Shown here: positions 28,230 to 39,034 of the stretch, one piece after another | How the letters are laid out: every line of letters starts with the position of its first letter | How positions within the stretch are numbered: position 1 is the stretch's first letter | Origin: Camelus ferus | Taxonomy: Eukaryota | Assembly: GCF_009834535.1 (NCBI RefSeq) | Contig: NC_045696.1 | Coordinates: 69,814,001-69,878,000, forward strand | DNA: 64,000 bases | Direction: 5' to 3' | Made by a program: the position numbers and the translations under genes | The notes under the pieces: generated by a model | What the model saw: only the letters and a program-made list of their open reading frames with translations | The model's database searches: none | What the model was told of the DNA's origin: nothing

Positions 28230-30190
28230 AAAAGATAACAAATATCCATATACCTACCACTTAGCTTTAAAAACAAAAACCAGTTACAATGAAAATTCCC
28301 TATGTGCCCTTCCATCTCCTATCCCCCTTTCTACCCTCCCAGAGGTAATTATTATCTCAGACTCGAAGCTTTCCCAGAGATCATTATCTCAAATTTGAAG
28401 TTTGTCATTCCATGCATATTTTTATACATTTACACTACACAAAGATATCCATATCAGCAATAGAACTGTTTTTGCATATTTTCAAACCTTAGAAATGGTA
28501 TCATAACAAATATTTCCTTCTACAATAAAACTTTTCATTCAGTATATGTTTTGGTTTTTAACTAATTCATGTAACCTATTTCATTTATTTCATCCAGAAG
28601 AAAGGGATAAACTGATTCCAGAGAAAATGCAATGTGCATACTCTTTGACCTGATGTATAATATTCAACTTATGACAATACCACAATTTATTTTTTCTAAT
28701 CCATTTTCTTGCTGCTGGACATTTGGGTTCCAACTTTTCACCATCCCAGTGCTACAAGGAACCTTGCAATATGTTTCCTTATGCACTTGTAGAATTTCTT
28801 CATAGGAGAAATTGCTAAATCAAAGGATGTGCACCTTTGTTTATTTTCTCCGTAGTCATCATTTCTCTCTTCTGGATCATGTATAGTCATCCACAGTAAA
28901 AGAAGAGTAGGCAGAGTCTGTGGGCACAGATGCAGGTATGAAGGCAGATACGGTGGGGATTTGTTGCTCTCCTGATTGCTTCCAGTTTCTCAGTGAAATA
29001 GAAAGTGAGGTTACCTGCTGGGACCTGAGTGGATGAAGAGCAATTGGAGGGTGTGAAGAAAGATGATGTAAGAGGCCATCTAGCAGAATGTTTGCCAAGG
29101 AGTGCTAAAGGCTTCTATCTTTGATTTTATTGGATATTGACAAAGTATTCTTCAGAACAATTATCTCAACGTACACTCTTGCTAGCAATGTATGGCGGTT
29201 CTGATGCCCCTAACCTTCACCAATAATTTGTCATAATTTTATAATTTTGTCAATTTAATATTTGTGAATAATGTTAATTTCCCCATTTACTCATGAGTTG
29301 AGCTTATTGCCCATTTGAGTTTCTTCTTCTGTGAATTAGCCCATTCATATTCTTCCCTATTTCCTAACAGTTGTCTTTTCCTGACTGATTTGTAAGTTCT
29401 CTTTTGCAGTTTGGATAATACATCTGTGTTTAAATTATGACTGTACAAATATTTTCACTGTTGAGCTTATGACCATTGTTCCTTTCTTGTATGACCATGT
29501 GTTTTTCCTAGAGTTAATGATTTCCTTGTTTTTCCATTTGCCTAGTTTTCTATATACCTGTGATTAATTTTTTCCAAATGCTCCAACATGCTGCCATTCT
29601 ATCAGAAATAATTACTATGCACTCTACATGAGTTCCATTCCATTTGTTCCTTGAAGTCCTCACTTTCAGAGCCATCTATCCTCTTGTTCCAGCCTCTGCT
29701 GATTGCTTTCTGAAAGGCTACATTGCTGGCATTCTGGATCTTCTACTCATAGTGTCCTGGGTTGGATTCCATATTTCCCAAACCTCATCTTCCTCTTCCA
29801 TGGTTTTGTTGGCACAGTGGCTTCCTCTCAAATGGAAGCATGTCTGAATCCCTGCATGCCTTTTTAATTGATGGTCTAACTAGGTTTAGAATTCTAGATG
29901 GGAAATCATTTCCACTCAGTTTTGAAGGCATTGCTCTACTGCCTCCTAGAGTCCTTTGTTTTAGAAAAACACACGTCCACTCTTTTTCCAAATCCTTTTT
30001 ATATGACCTATTTTCTCCTAGAGGCTTTTATAATTTAGCTGGGTTCTAAGTTTTACAACGTGATTTGCTCTGGATCTTTTGCACTGGGCCTTCAGTATAC
30101 CAGTTCAATCTAGAGATCCATGTCTTTAATTCTGGAAGGTTTTCTTGTTTGTTTTTCTGGCATTATTTTCTCTGCTCTTTATTTCTCAAA
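28230..30190 (-). mobile_element. Very old L1 (L1ME-like) fragments
   Basis: caataccacaatttattt...ctggacatttgggtt; tttcttcttctgtgaattagcccattcatattc. Confidence 0.55.
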
Positions 30191-30239
30191 CTTCTTTCTA
30201 AATCAACATTTGGATTTGATTTTAGGTGTGGAGCAGATT

Positions 30240-30575
30240 CTTTTCTGTGCCTCTGTGCCTTTGCATATGCTAGTCCTTCTACCTAGGATGCATTTTCTCT
30301 CCCACTCCTTCTCCTATCCAAGAAAATCCCTACTTATCTTTCAAAACACATTTCCAACATCGGTTCTTCCATGGTGATCCCCTTCCTGAATGAGATGGTC
30401 TCTCCTCCTCTAGGCTCACAAAGTCTTTTGTGGCACCTCAAATGCCAAACTATAATCTGTTTATACATCTACCTCTCTCACAATTATAAACTCTTCTAGC
30501 AGGATAATGTTTATCCATTTCTTTCTCCTTAGTGCCTAATATTGTGTAATGCCATGAATAAATAAGTGAATTCAA
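30240..30575 (+). mobile_element. L2 3' fragment
   Basis: gcctttgcatatgctagtccttctacctaggatgc...cttagtgcctaat...atgaataaataagtgaat. Confidence 0.7.
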
Positions 30576-30793
30576 CAGGGGTGAAAAGTGAACACTTCTT
30601 CCTGCTACATGTCAAGTGCCATGTAAGGTAGGTATCATTTCATACATCTTCACTTAACCCTTAGAGCAAACCTCAGATAGTAATTGTTAATGCAACAAGT
30701 ATTACCTGAGCTCCTATTATGTGCCAGGTTTGATACTGGCCAATGGATGAAAAAGACAAGATCTCATTAAGACTACTTTTTTTTCTTCTCTCA

Positions 30794-30940
30794 GGGCGGA
30801 GGATAGAGCTGAGTGGTAGAGTGCGTGCTTAGCATGAACAAGGTCCTGGGTTCAATCCCCAGTACCTCCAATAAAATAAATAAATTAAATAAAAACCTAA
30901 TTACCATCCCCACCAAAAAAAAAAACAAAAAACAAAAAAC
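30794..30940 (+). mobile_element. tRNA-derived SINE (camelid Vic-1-like)
   Basis: gggcggaggatagagctgagtggtagagtgcgtgcttagcatg..ggtcctgggttcaatccccagtacctcc with A and B boxes, an A-rich tail and a degenerate taagact..ttttctc TSD. Confidence 0.88.
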
Positions 30941-33019
30941 TAAGACTTTTTTCTCACACAATTTTTAAAAACTGACATGTAATTCACATACCATAAAATC
31001 CATGTTTAAAGTGTACACCTCAGGGGTTTTTAGTATATTCACAGAGTCATGCAACTATCACCACTAAACAAGATTTTTTTTAGCTGTATAAAGGAAGTGC
31101 TTTGTGTACTCTGGGGTCAGGTCGAGGAGAAAGCAGTTTTCTAAGGGAAGAAATGCATTCCAGGGAAAGGGGGTAGTATGTACAGAGGAGCAGAGTTCTG
31201 AGATGGCCTAGTATTTGGAAAATATAAAAGTACGAGATGGGGGTGGGGGGGGCTAGAGTTTATGGTGAGGAAGTAGGTTGGACTATTTTACAAATGAGGA
31301 ATCGGGAAGTTCAGAGAGGTGAATTAACTCAACTAAGGTCAGACAATTTGTTTCTTTCGCCAACTCAGAAGTATCTAGACGATGTTACCCCACCATCAAA
31401 TCATCCCCAACAAGCAGGTAGGTGCTGACACCACCAAATACTGTATTATCAAATACTGAATTGCCTCCAGACATTGTCTTTCCTCCCAACTTTCCAACAA
31501 ATAGGCTTCATTTTCCCTCCCAACTCCTTGCAATATCTAGAATCACTGGCCCATAATGACCACTATTACTGATGAGCAAAAACATTTCCACTATGGTTTT
31601 TTTTTTTTTTTTGATTCTAAAGGTTCCACCACAGTGATGCTATCAGAAGGTGTTCTGTCCATGGACAGAAATATTTTCGTAATGAAAGTTAAGATGAGGC
31701 CTTAATACTTTATGGGCTCTTTGTCAGACTAACCTGTATTTGCCAATTGTGTTTCAAGCCCTCTGTATGGCCATGAAAAAGGTCTACTCTTCTGCACCTC
31801 AGTTTTCCTACCTGCGAAGTGACATTAAGAAATCTTGTCCCAGCCATCTTACCACCATTCTGCCCAAAGGAATCACTGGAAAATCATGAGGATCTGTACT
31901 GCTGAAATTCATGAGGAAAAGGTTAATATGTTTTTAAAAGTAATATGCCTAATATAATAGTTTCTCCAACTTTCTGACCTCAATGAAACATTCATAAAAT
32001 CTTTGCTTATTTAAGCTTCATTTCAGCCCAGATCAATCTCCATCCATTTCATCTCTCTGGGAAGGGAAGCAGAAGGGAAACTCAGGAGAAAATAGGTAGA
32101 AAACAAAGTTTTGTCAGGCAGTGGCAATGACTTCTGGGTTTCTGGTTTTGCATTTGGAGGCTGTTTTCTATCATGTGAAAGAGCAACTTTGCCTTCTAGG
32201 ATAAGGAACTGTGGGTGCTGCAAATCAGAGGTGTAGTGGACACATGTCCTCCAGCACCATGTTTACAAACCACCAGCAGGACAGAAGACACAAATTACAG
32301 CAAAGAGCAGTTACATTCCAGGAAAAAAGTTTGCAAGTGACCTGGTGAAACAGGGTAGAAGAGGTCACCAGAAGCCACCTCTGCCAAGAATTTTTAGATG
32401 TTTGCTGCCCATTAGAGAATCCATGTTAAAAGGTGTGCAGTAGGACCTAGGAATTGACATGTCTGAAAATATTATACAACAAAAGTTTTACTAACCTTTC
32501 AGAGAAGAATGAGACAAATTATCCCTGCCTGCCACTCTCATTTCTCTTTTAGAATGTGCAGCTTTGAAGTACTGAAAATAAAATAAGCAAACATGTTGGC
32601 CTATAATACAAAGGTGACCATACCAATTAGGGGTATTTGTGTAAATAATCTGAAGATCATTAATTCCTAGTCTGCTGAGGTTTACACACACACACAGTAG
32701 TTTTCATTTGTGATTCTTCACTACATTTTAGTAGGGAAGCATCCACCCCTAAATCATCTGTTAGCTTGGGGAATAATGGCAAAGTACATTCCCAACTCCA
32801 GCAGTAGTAAAATCCAATTCCTCTTCTAAAAAGAGGGAATATGTAAATATTTGAGGTGAAAGCCAGAATCCAAATTACTGCAAATATGTAGGTGAGAATG
32901 AGTACATTTTCTCCTCTGGACAACTAATTATTTAGGGAGATCTCCTTCCCCGCAAGTATTTTAAAGCTCGAGTTTCTGGGGGGAAAGAAACAAGCATGGA
33001 GTGTGTGTCCACTGTGCCT

Positions 33020-33190
33020 CCACACTCTACTCAGTTATCTGTGTAGCCTTCACAATAGTCCTGCAAGAGTTGGTTGCCTTAACCTCTTTTTATAGGTGAA
33101 GAAACTTAGGCTCAGAGATGCTGGAACATTCCAGACCACACAGCTGGGGGCAGAGGAGGAAGGTCTGAATTCTAGGCCGAAACACCTTCC
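33020..33190 (-). mobile_element. MIR SINE
   Basis: cttcacaatagtcctgcaag...tttataggtgaagaaacttaggctcagaga. Confidence 0.65.
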
Positions 33191-35098
33191 ACTGGCCAGT
33201 GTTTCCCAGACAAGAATCACCTGGGAGTACTTAGGGAAAATGCAAAATCCAGGCTCACAGAGTCAGTCTTCAAAGGAAGGGGCCTAGGAACGTGTATTTT
33301 TTTTAAGAAGCCGCGCTCCCTCTGCCCACTTTGTCAACAGGAGAGCTTGGAAAAGACAGTGCTTCATTACCCAGTCAGGAGACCAGAACCTATGCCATCC
33401 CTACATTTGTGGCTGCTTTACGAAGAGACCTGCAACACCCTCAAGAAAAAAAAAATCCACATTTCTCCGATCAAACCATCACCTCTCCTAAGGCCCCCCA
33501 GAAATCCAGACCTTGGAACCTTCTTCTGCCCCTTCGTCTCTGAATCCTGCCAATTTTTTTCTTTCCTATAGAATTTCATTTCCTGGCTAGGACAAGGCTC
33601 TAACCACCAGACTTCCAGACGGTCCCCGGAACTCGCTACCGGCCTTCAGCCTGTCTGGCTCCTTCCCTAGCCCCTCGGCTGGGGCTGTTCTCATCCCAAC
33701 CCTGCCTCTTCCGTCGGTCACGTTGTTTCCTCCGCTTGGAAGGACCTCTTTCCTCTCCGGGCCCTTCCCAGTGCTCGGGGAACTCCTACACCGCCTGAGC
33801 GCCTCTGCTTCCAGCCACCCTCGCCTCCCACCACCCCGGCTCGGGGACTGAACCCGGCCTCGCAGCCTAGCAGCAAGCGTCGATCGTCACAGCCGCAGCC
33901 CCTGCCCCCCTCCGCTCGCCTCCCCACCCGCCACCTGGCTTCGCAGCGGCCGCTCGGGAAGCCCTCGGCACTTCCCAGAATAGAGAGCAGCTGCCAACGT
34001 CAGGCTACCGCCGGTCGTGGGGTTCCGGGCGCACAGGGTGCGGGCGGAGGGGACGTGGCTCCTCTCTGGCCTTCCGTCTCCTCTGACGGGCCGGGAAACT
34101 GAGGCCCAGGGCCGGAGCAACTTCCCCGGGGTACACGGTCCGGTAGGGCCCGGCCAGTCACCGGCCCCAAGCGTCCCGACTCCCGTCCGCGCTCCCTCGA
34201 CCACACGCGCCGACCGGTTGCCCCGGAGAGCGGGGCGGGGAGCGGGTCTCGGAGCGTGCGCTGCGCCCGGGACCGCGCAGGACGCCGGACTCGGCCAACT
34301 CGCCGCCAAAGTTGTGGTCTCCCAGCTTGCCCTCGCTTCTCACCTCCGAGACACACCTTCCCGCCGGCACCGGCAGCCGCGCCCTCACATCCGGTCCACC
34401 TTGCGCACACCCCTTTCCACGCTCTCCCACAGCCCCTCGCCCTCCCACGCCTGCGGCTGCCAGCCGCTCCCCCTCGCGCACTCCCACCCGCGCCTGGGGC
34501 GCGCCTTCCCCGCCCGGCCGCTCGCCCGGCCTCTGCGCCGCGACTGCCCGGGGTTCTGGAGCTCGGGAGCCCCAGCCCGGGGCCGCAACCCGCTTCCGCC
34601 CGCCCGGCGCGGGGCAGAAGCCTGGGTAGCCGCACGGAGCGCTCGGAGCGTGGGGGGCGCGAGGCGAGGGGCGCAGGAGCGCGGGGCGGGGAGGGGGCGC
34701 TCGCTCGCTCACTCTCAGCTGCGCACACGCCCGTACAAACTCTCACACAGACACACGCGGGGTGCGCTGCCGCCGCCCGCCGCTGCTCCTCCTCCCGCCA
34801 CCGCCTTGAGAGGGAGAGAGAGGGAGGCAGAGAGAGCGCTTTGTCCGCGCGCCGCCGCCCGGCCCGGGACTCTGCCCCGAGGAGGCAGCCGCGCCGAGTC
34901 CCCGCCTCCGCCTCTGCCCCCGGGCGGGCCGGGCCGGCTGCGGTGGGGGGAGCCAGGCTGAGGGTGGGGGTGGGTGGCGGGCGGGCGGAGGGCGGGGAGG
35001 GGGGGCGGAGGAGGAGGAGGGGAGAAGAGGGCAGCGGAGGAGGCGAGGAGCGCCGGGTACCGGGCCGGGGGAGCCGCGGGCTCTCGGGGAAGAGACGG

Positions 35099-35276
35099 AT
35101 GATGAACAAGCTTTACATCGGGAACCTGAGTCCTGCCGTCACCGCCGACGACCTCCGGCAGCTCTTCGGGGACAGGAAGCTGCCCCTGGCGGGACAGGTC
35201 CTGCTCAAGTCCGGCTACGCCTTCGTGGACTACCCCGACCAGAACTGGGCCATCCGCGCCATCGAGACCCTCTCGG
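35099..35276 (+). CDS. IGF2BP2: IGF2BP2 coding exon 1 (N-terminal part of RRM1)
   Basis: Translates [59 protein letters not shown](G), the IMP2 N-terminus with RNP2 (LYIGNL) and RNP1 (SGYAFVDY). 178 nt, ending at donor G|gtgagc (intron starts 35277), phase 1. Confidence 0.98.
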
Positions 35277-36838
35277 GTGAGCAGTCGGCGCTGTCCCCCT
35301 CCCCCTCGCCTCGCCCAGCTCAGGCCGGGACGGCGCCCGGAGGGAGGCCGAGCCCTGCGGGCGGCGCCCGGCGGGGGCTCCGGCGCCCGCACGCTCACTT
35401 CCACGCACCAGACCTTCAACTCTCACCGCCGGCCCGCTTCTGGGACGGCCCGCTCCCCTCCCCCCCAGCTCCGGACTCACCCCTTGCCCTCCGAGCCGCA
35501 GCCCTGGGGCGACCCCCGTGCGGCTCCGAGGGTCCCCGAGGCTCGCTGTCTTTCTGGGGGCACCATTCGTTCCTCTGGTCTCTGAGCTGCTCTCCAGAGT
35601 TCCCCCACCCCCATCCTTAGAGAGCCCCCGTCACCCCTTCTTCTCTGACCTTCTTGTCACCCCCTTTGTCAGGGGACCCCCCCCAATCCTGCTTCTCCTC
35701 CCTTGACCGGACCTTACCCCTTCCCGTGCCTCGTGCCCAGGACCTCTCGCCCTGTGGCGTCCCTTGAACCGCACTCTTTTTTCGAGCCCCCTCCCCAGCT
35801 CGCCCCGGGGTCCCCCACTTTTCGCACCCCCTCGGTGTCACCCCGATGATCCTTTCCGAGATTTCAGGGCTCCCCTAACCCCAGCCCCTGCACGACGGCA
35901 CATCTCTCTCGGTCCTCTCCCGAACCTCAGTCTCCTCTCGCTCGTCTCTCAAGCGCTCCTATTTTTCTCTGAATTTTTTGTCCGATTTTATTGAGAGGAA
36001 CTCGGAGCTGGGGGCTTTCCGCCGCCTGTGCCCCCGCCTCCCGCTCGGCCAGAAGCACCTTTTTACGAGGTACCCTGTCTCAACTCGGTGGGGGCCCGGG
36101 CTGAGAACCGAGAAAGAGGCGACCGGGGGGCCCGCGAGAGCGCTGGAGCCCAGACGGGAGACGGAGAGCGACACACACACACTCGCGCGCGCGCGCACTC
36201 ACCAACTCTCCCTCTCGCACACGCACCGCTCGGAGTCGCGCTCGCCCCCAGGCCACGAGCCGGCGCCCCCAGAACCTCCGACGGGCCACAGCCCCTTCCC
36301 CACTGGCGCGCGGGGTGGGGGCGGGGCGGCGGAGAGGCCAAGGTGACCAGAAGCCGGCAGGGACCGGGCTCTCGCAGAAACGGACCCCGGGGGGCTTCGG
36401 CGCGTTTCTTCGGGGCAACCCGGAGGAGAGGGCAAGGAGGGGAGCACAGTGGAGCCTTTGGGGCCCGGGTTAGCGGAATGGAGAGGTGGGGGCTGAGAGA
36501 AGAGGGGGGCCGCGCCAGCCCTGCAGCTTGAGTTTCAAATGAGCTCATCCTTTCAAATTGGCGCCGCTCTTTATTAAATTTGTTTTTCCGGTAATGCCAC
36601 CCACAGCCATACCTGGGGTCGGGATCGGGGCTCGCACCCTTAACACCTCGTCCCAGAACACGGGGCGCCCACCTTTCTTCCCACTGGGAACCAAGTTTGC
36701 CCAGCTTGAACCGGGTAGGAGACCCCTTGAGGGCGCCCGAAGGCGGAGTCGGAGCGTGGAGTTCTGTGCGTGCCCCTCCTAGACCCCCGCCCGTTTGATC
36801 TCGGGAAGGTTCTGAGTGCTTTAATTTCTGTTTTAAAG
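35277..36838 (+). other. IGF2BP2: IGF2BP2 intron 1 (GT-AG, CpG-rich)
   Basis: Bounded by gtgag at 35277 and aag ending at 36838. Confidence 0.95.
36011..36020 (+). promoter_or_regulatory. NF-kB consensus site next to an AT-rich tract (35960-35992)
   Basis: GGGGCTTTCC fits GGGRNNYYCC and lies just downstream of an A/T-run patch inside the CpG island. Confidence 0.55.
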
Positions 36839-36899
36839 GTAAAGTGGAATTGCATGGGAAAATCATGGAAGTTGATTACTCAGTCTCTAAAAAGCTCAG
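36839..36899 (+). CDS. IGF2BP2: IGF2BP2 exon 2 (rest of RRM1)
   Basis: Acceptor ttaatttctgttttaaag| and donor AG|gtaaat. 61 nt, continues the exon 1 frame as (G)[19 protein letters not shown](R) and ends in phase 2. Confidence 0.97.
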
Positions 36900-38984
36900 G
36901 TAAATATATTTTGCTTAGTTATTTTGTGATTGGGCTTACGTATAAATACAAAAATACACTCAGTTTTTAAAAATGTGCTTTTATAGTTTTTTAAAAAAAG
37001 GCTTTTGTTTGTTTTGTTAGTGGAGATGAAATAGTTTAGAAAGTTACATTTTTTACTTTCATTATATAAGGTGTTTACTGTACTTGGAAAATATCTGGTG
37101 CCTTATTGGGGGTTGGGGGTGGCGATCACTAGCTGTGTTAAATTCGCTGGGACCGTTTAACTTGTTTATGAAAACTTGCCTCCCCCACACCCCTACCCCC
37201 ACCCCTACCCCCAGCACAATGGCAACAAATGCTTGTCAAGACTTCCTGTGAGATGTTAAGAGTAAATATTTACTGTGTCAGCTAAATTGCTTAACTAAAC
37301 TTCGCGATTAATTAGTTTTCTTTTTTAGATGGGTTAATGTTGAATAATAAAATAATTCAGTAAGGGGTCGATATTTTGCATAGCACTTTAAACAAGTAGG
37401 TTGTTTGGATTGGATGGCAGTTAAAAGCCAGACTTTTTTTAGTCACTGAGACTACTGAATATTGCTTCTGAGCGTTGTGTTGTTGTTGTTGCTTTTAAGA
37501 TATGTTTGAGGCTAAACAAATATCACTGTGAAATCTATAATTATGTTTAAGTGCACTGTTGTTAATGAAGGAGTAAAAAGTTTTGTGGAGGTTGGATTTC
37601 TCCACAGTGATTTGCTTACATGAGAATGTCTATGAGGAGAGAATGAGGGAGAACATCTTTGTTTAAAGTTTATTGTGGACTTTAAATTTGGGCCCTTTAT
37701 TACTCATTCTAGATTTTTTTTCTCCTATGTGTCGTAATTTAGTTTATATCCCATTCACATACATTTCTTCACCATTAGTCATTAAGTAGCTGAATTGGAG
37801 ACTAAGTGAAGGAGCTTGACTTACCACCTTTACAATTTGTGATACTCAGTAATGTAACCATTTGCTTGATTTTTGCCAGGATTGAATAGATTTTAAAACA
37901 AACTATCCTAATTTCATAAATACATAGATGTTTTGTTAAAGGGGTTTTTAAAAATGTATGCACATTTCCAGATATGTTTTAACTAAGCAACAGAATATCT
38001 TTTGTTTGCCAATGATTCTGTGGCATATCAGAAAACTACTTAATACCTTTAAAAAAAGAGGTAAAAGTAATGATTTGCAGTTTCATGTGTAATACTAAGC
38101 TAGTTCTCTCTAGGAAAAGATGTAAAGTGTAACTGATTGGTTTTTCAATTAAGTATTTTAAATTTTATACTATAAAAAATTTTTTTTGGCTTGAGAAATC
38201 TAAGTTGAATCTTTCTGATATATTAAGTATTTATTGTAGGTTAAAATTATTACCTTATAACACTTGAATATTTGATGAATATATTGAACAGGGTTCTGAA
38301 GAACCACTCAAAATATTTGATGGGCTGTGTTTCTATAAATATCTAATTCGGTTGGCTATGTAGCTGTTTTGAGTTCTTTTTGGATTATAATTAGTAAAAA
38401 TCAGTAGAATTTTAACTTTGGTTAGTTGGTGTCTCATTTCATGTTGCTAAGTATGTTATTTAATATTGCAATGTAAGTGAAATACTAGTTTATCTAAAGT
38501 TATTAACATCTGAAACTTCTCATAAATAAACTACTTTTAAACTTTTTTCTTTCAAAATGTAGAGGTTATTTGCTTTTAGCTGGAATGTCATTTAAATAAT
38601 TTTGTTATGTTTATATAAGAGCTCAGAATTGAAAACTTGTCCTAAATTTTTAGCATTAATTAAATAGAAGCAATCTAGAACCTATACAGCCCTATTAGTA
38701 CATGATTTCTTTGAACATTGTGGGCGATATGAAATACCTAGGAGGTAGATTAAAATGCGCTGTGCATGATTCACTACACTGAAGACGTCTGACATACCAA
38801 ATGTATGCATAAGCTGCTGCTGTAGAGGGTTGCATCATTTCTGATTGGATGGTTTTAATCTTTTTTTCCTTTCCTTTATTAGTTTAAAATGCAGAAATTA
38901 GTTACTGGTACTGCAGGCTAAGGGAGAGATAGCTAATGACTAGTATTGTGTACTGAGCTCAGACTCCTGGGAGGAGGCAGCTGT

Positions 38985-39034
38985 ATGTTCTCATGTACAG
39001 GGCTCTACCACGGTGGGGACTCTCAAAAAGCAGG
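38985..39034 (+). CDS. IGF2BP2: Candidate alternative first coding exon of IGF2BP2 (short N-terminus lacking RRM1)
   Basis: ATG TTC TCA TGT ACA GGG CTC TAC CAC GGT GGG GAC TCT CAA AAA GCA GG|gtactg = MFSCTGLYHGGDSQKA(G). The phase-2 donor matches that of exon 2. It resembles a human alternative N-terminus that I recall as MFSCPGHYHVDGFLNPG (not verified here). Confidence 0.6.

Larger units (their letters stand above)
33620..36800. promoter_or_regulatory. CpG island / IGF2BP2 promoter, 5'UTR and intron 1
   Basis: Abrupt switch to very high GC with dense CpG and many GGGCGG/GGGGCGGGG GC boxes. No obvious TATA. The flanks are AT-rich and CpG-depleted. Confidence 0.95.

Noticed and set aside
30794..30870. 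tRNA-like sequences (also 52338, 54090, 62798)
   Set aside because: A-rich tails, TSDs and dispersed diverged copies identify them as SINEs, not tRNA genes.
33718..36866. Many long overlapping ORFs (up to 454 aa) on both strands
   Set aside because: Pro/Arg/Gly/Ala-rich by-products of stop-poor CpG-island DNA. Only 35099-35276 and 36839-36899 match a real protein.
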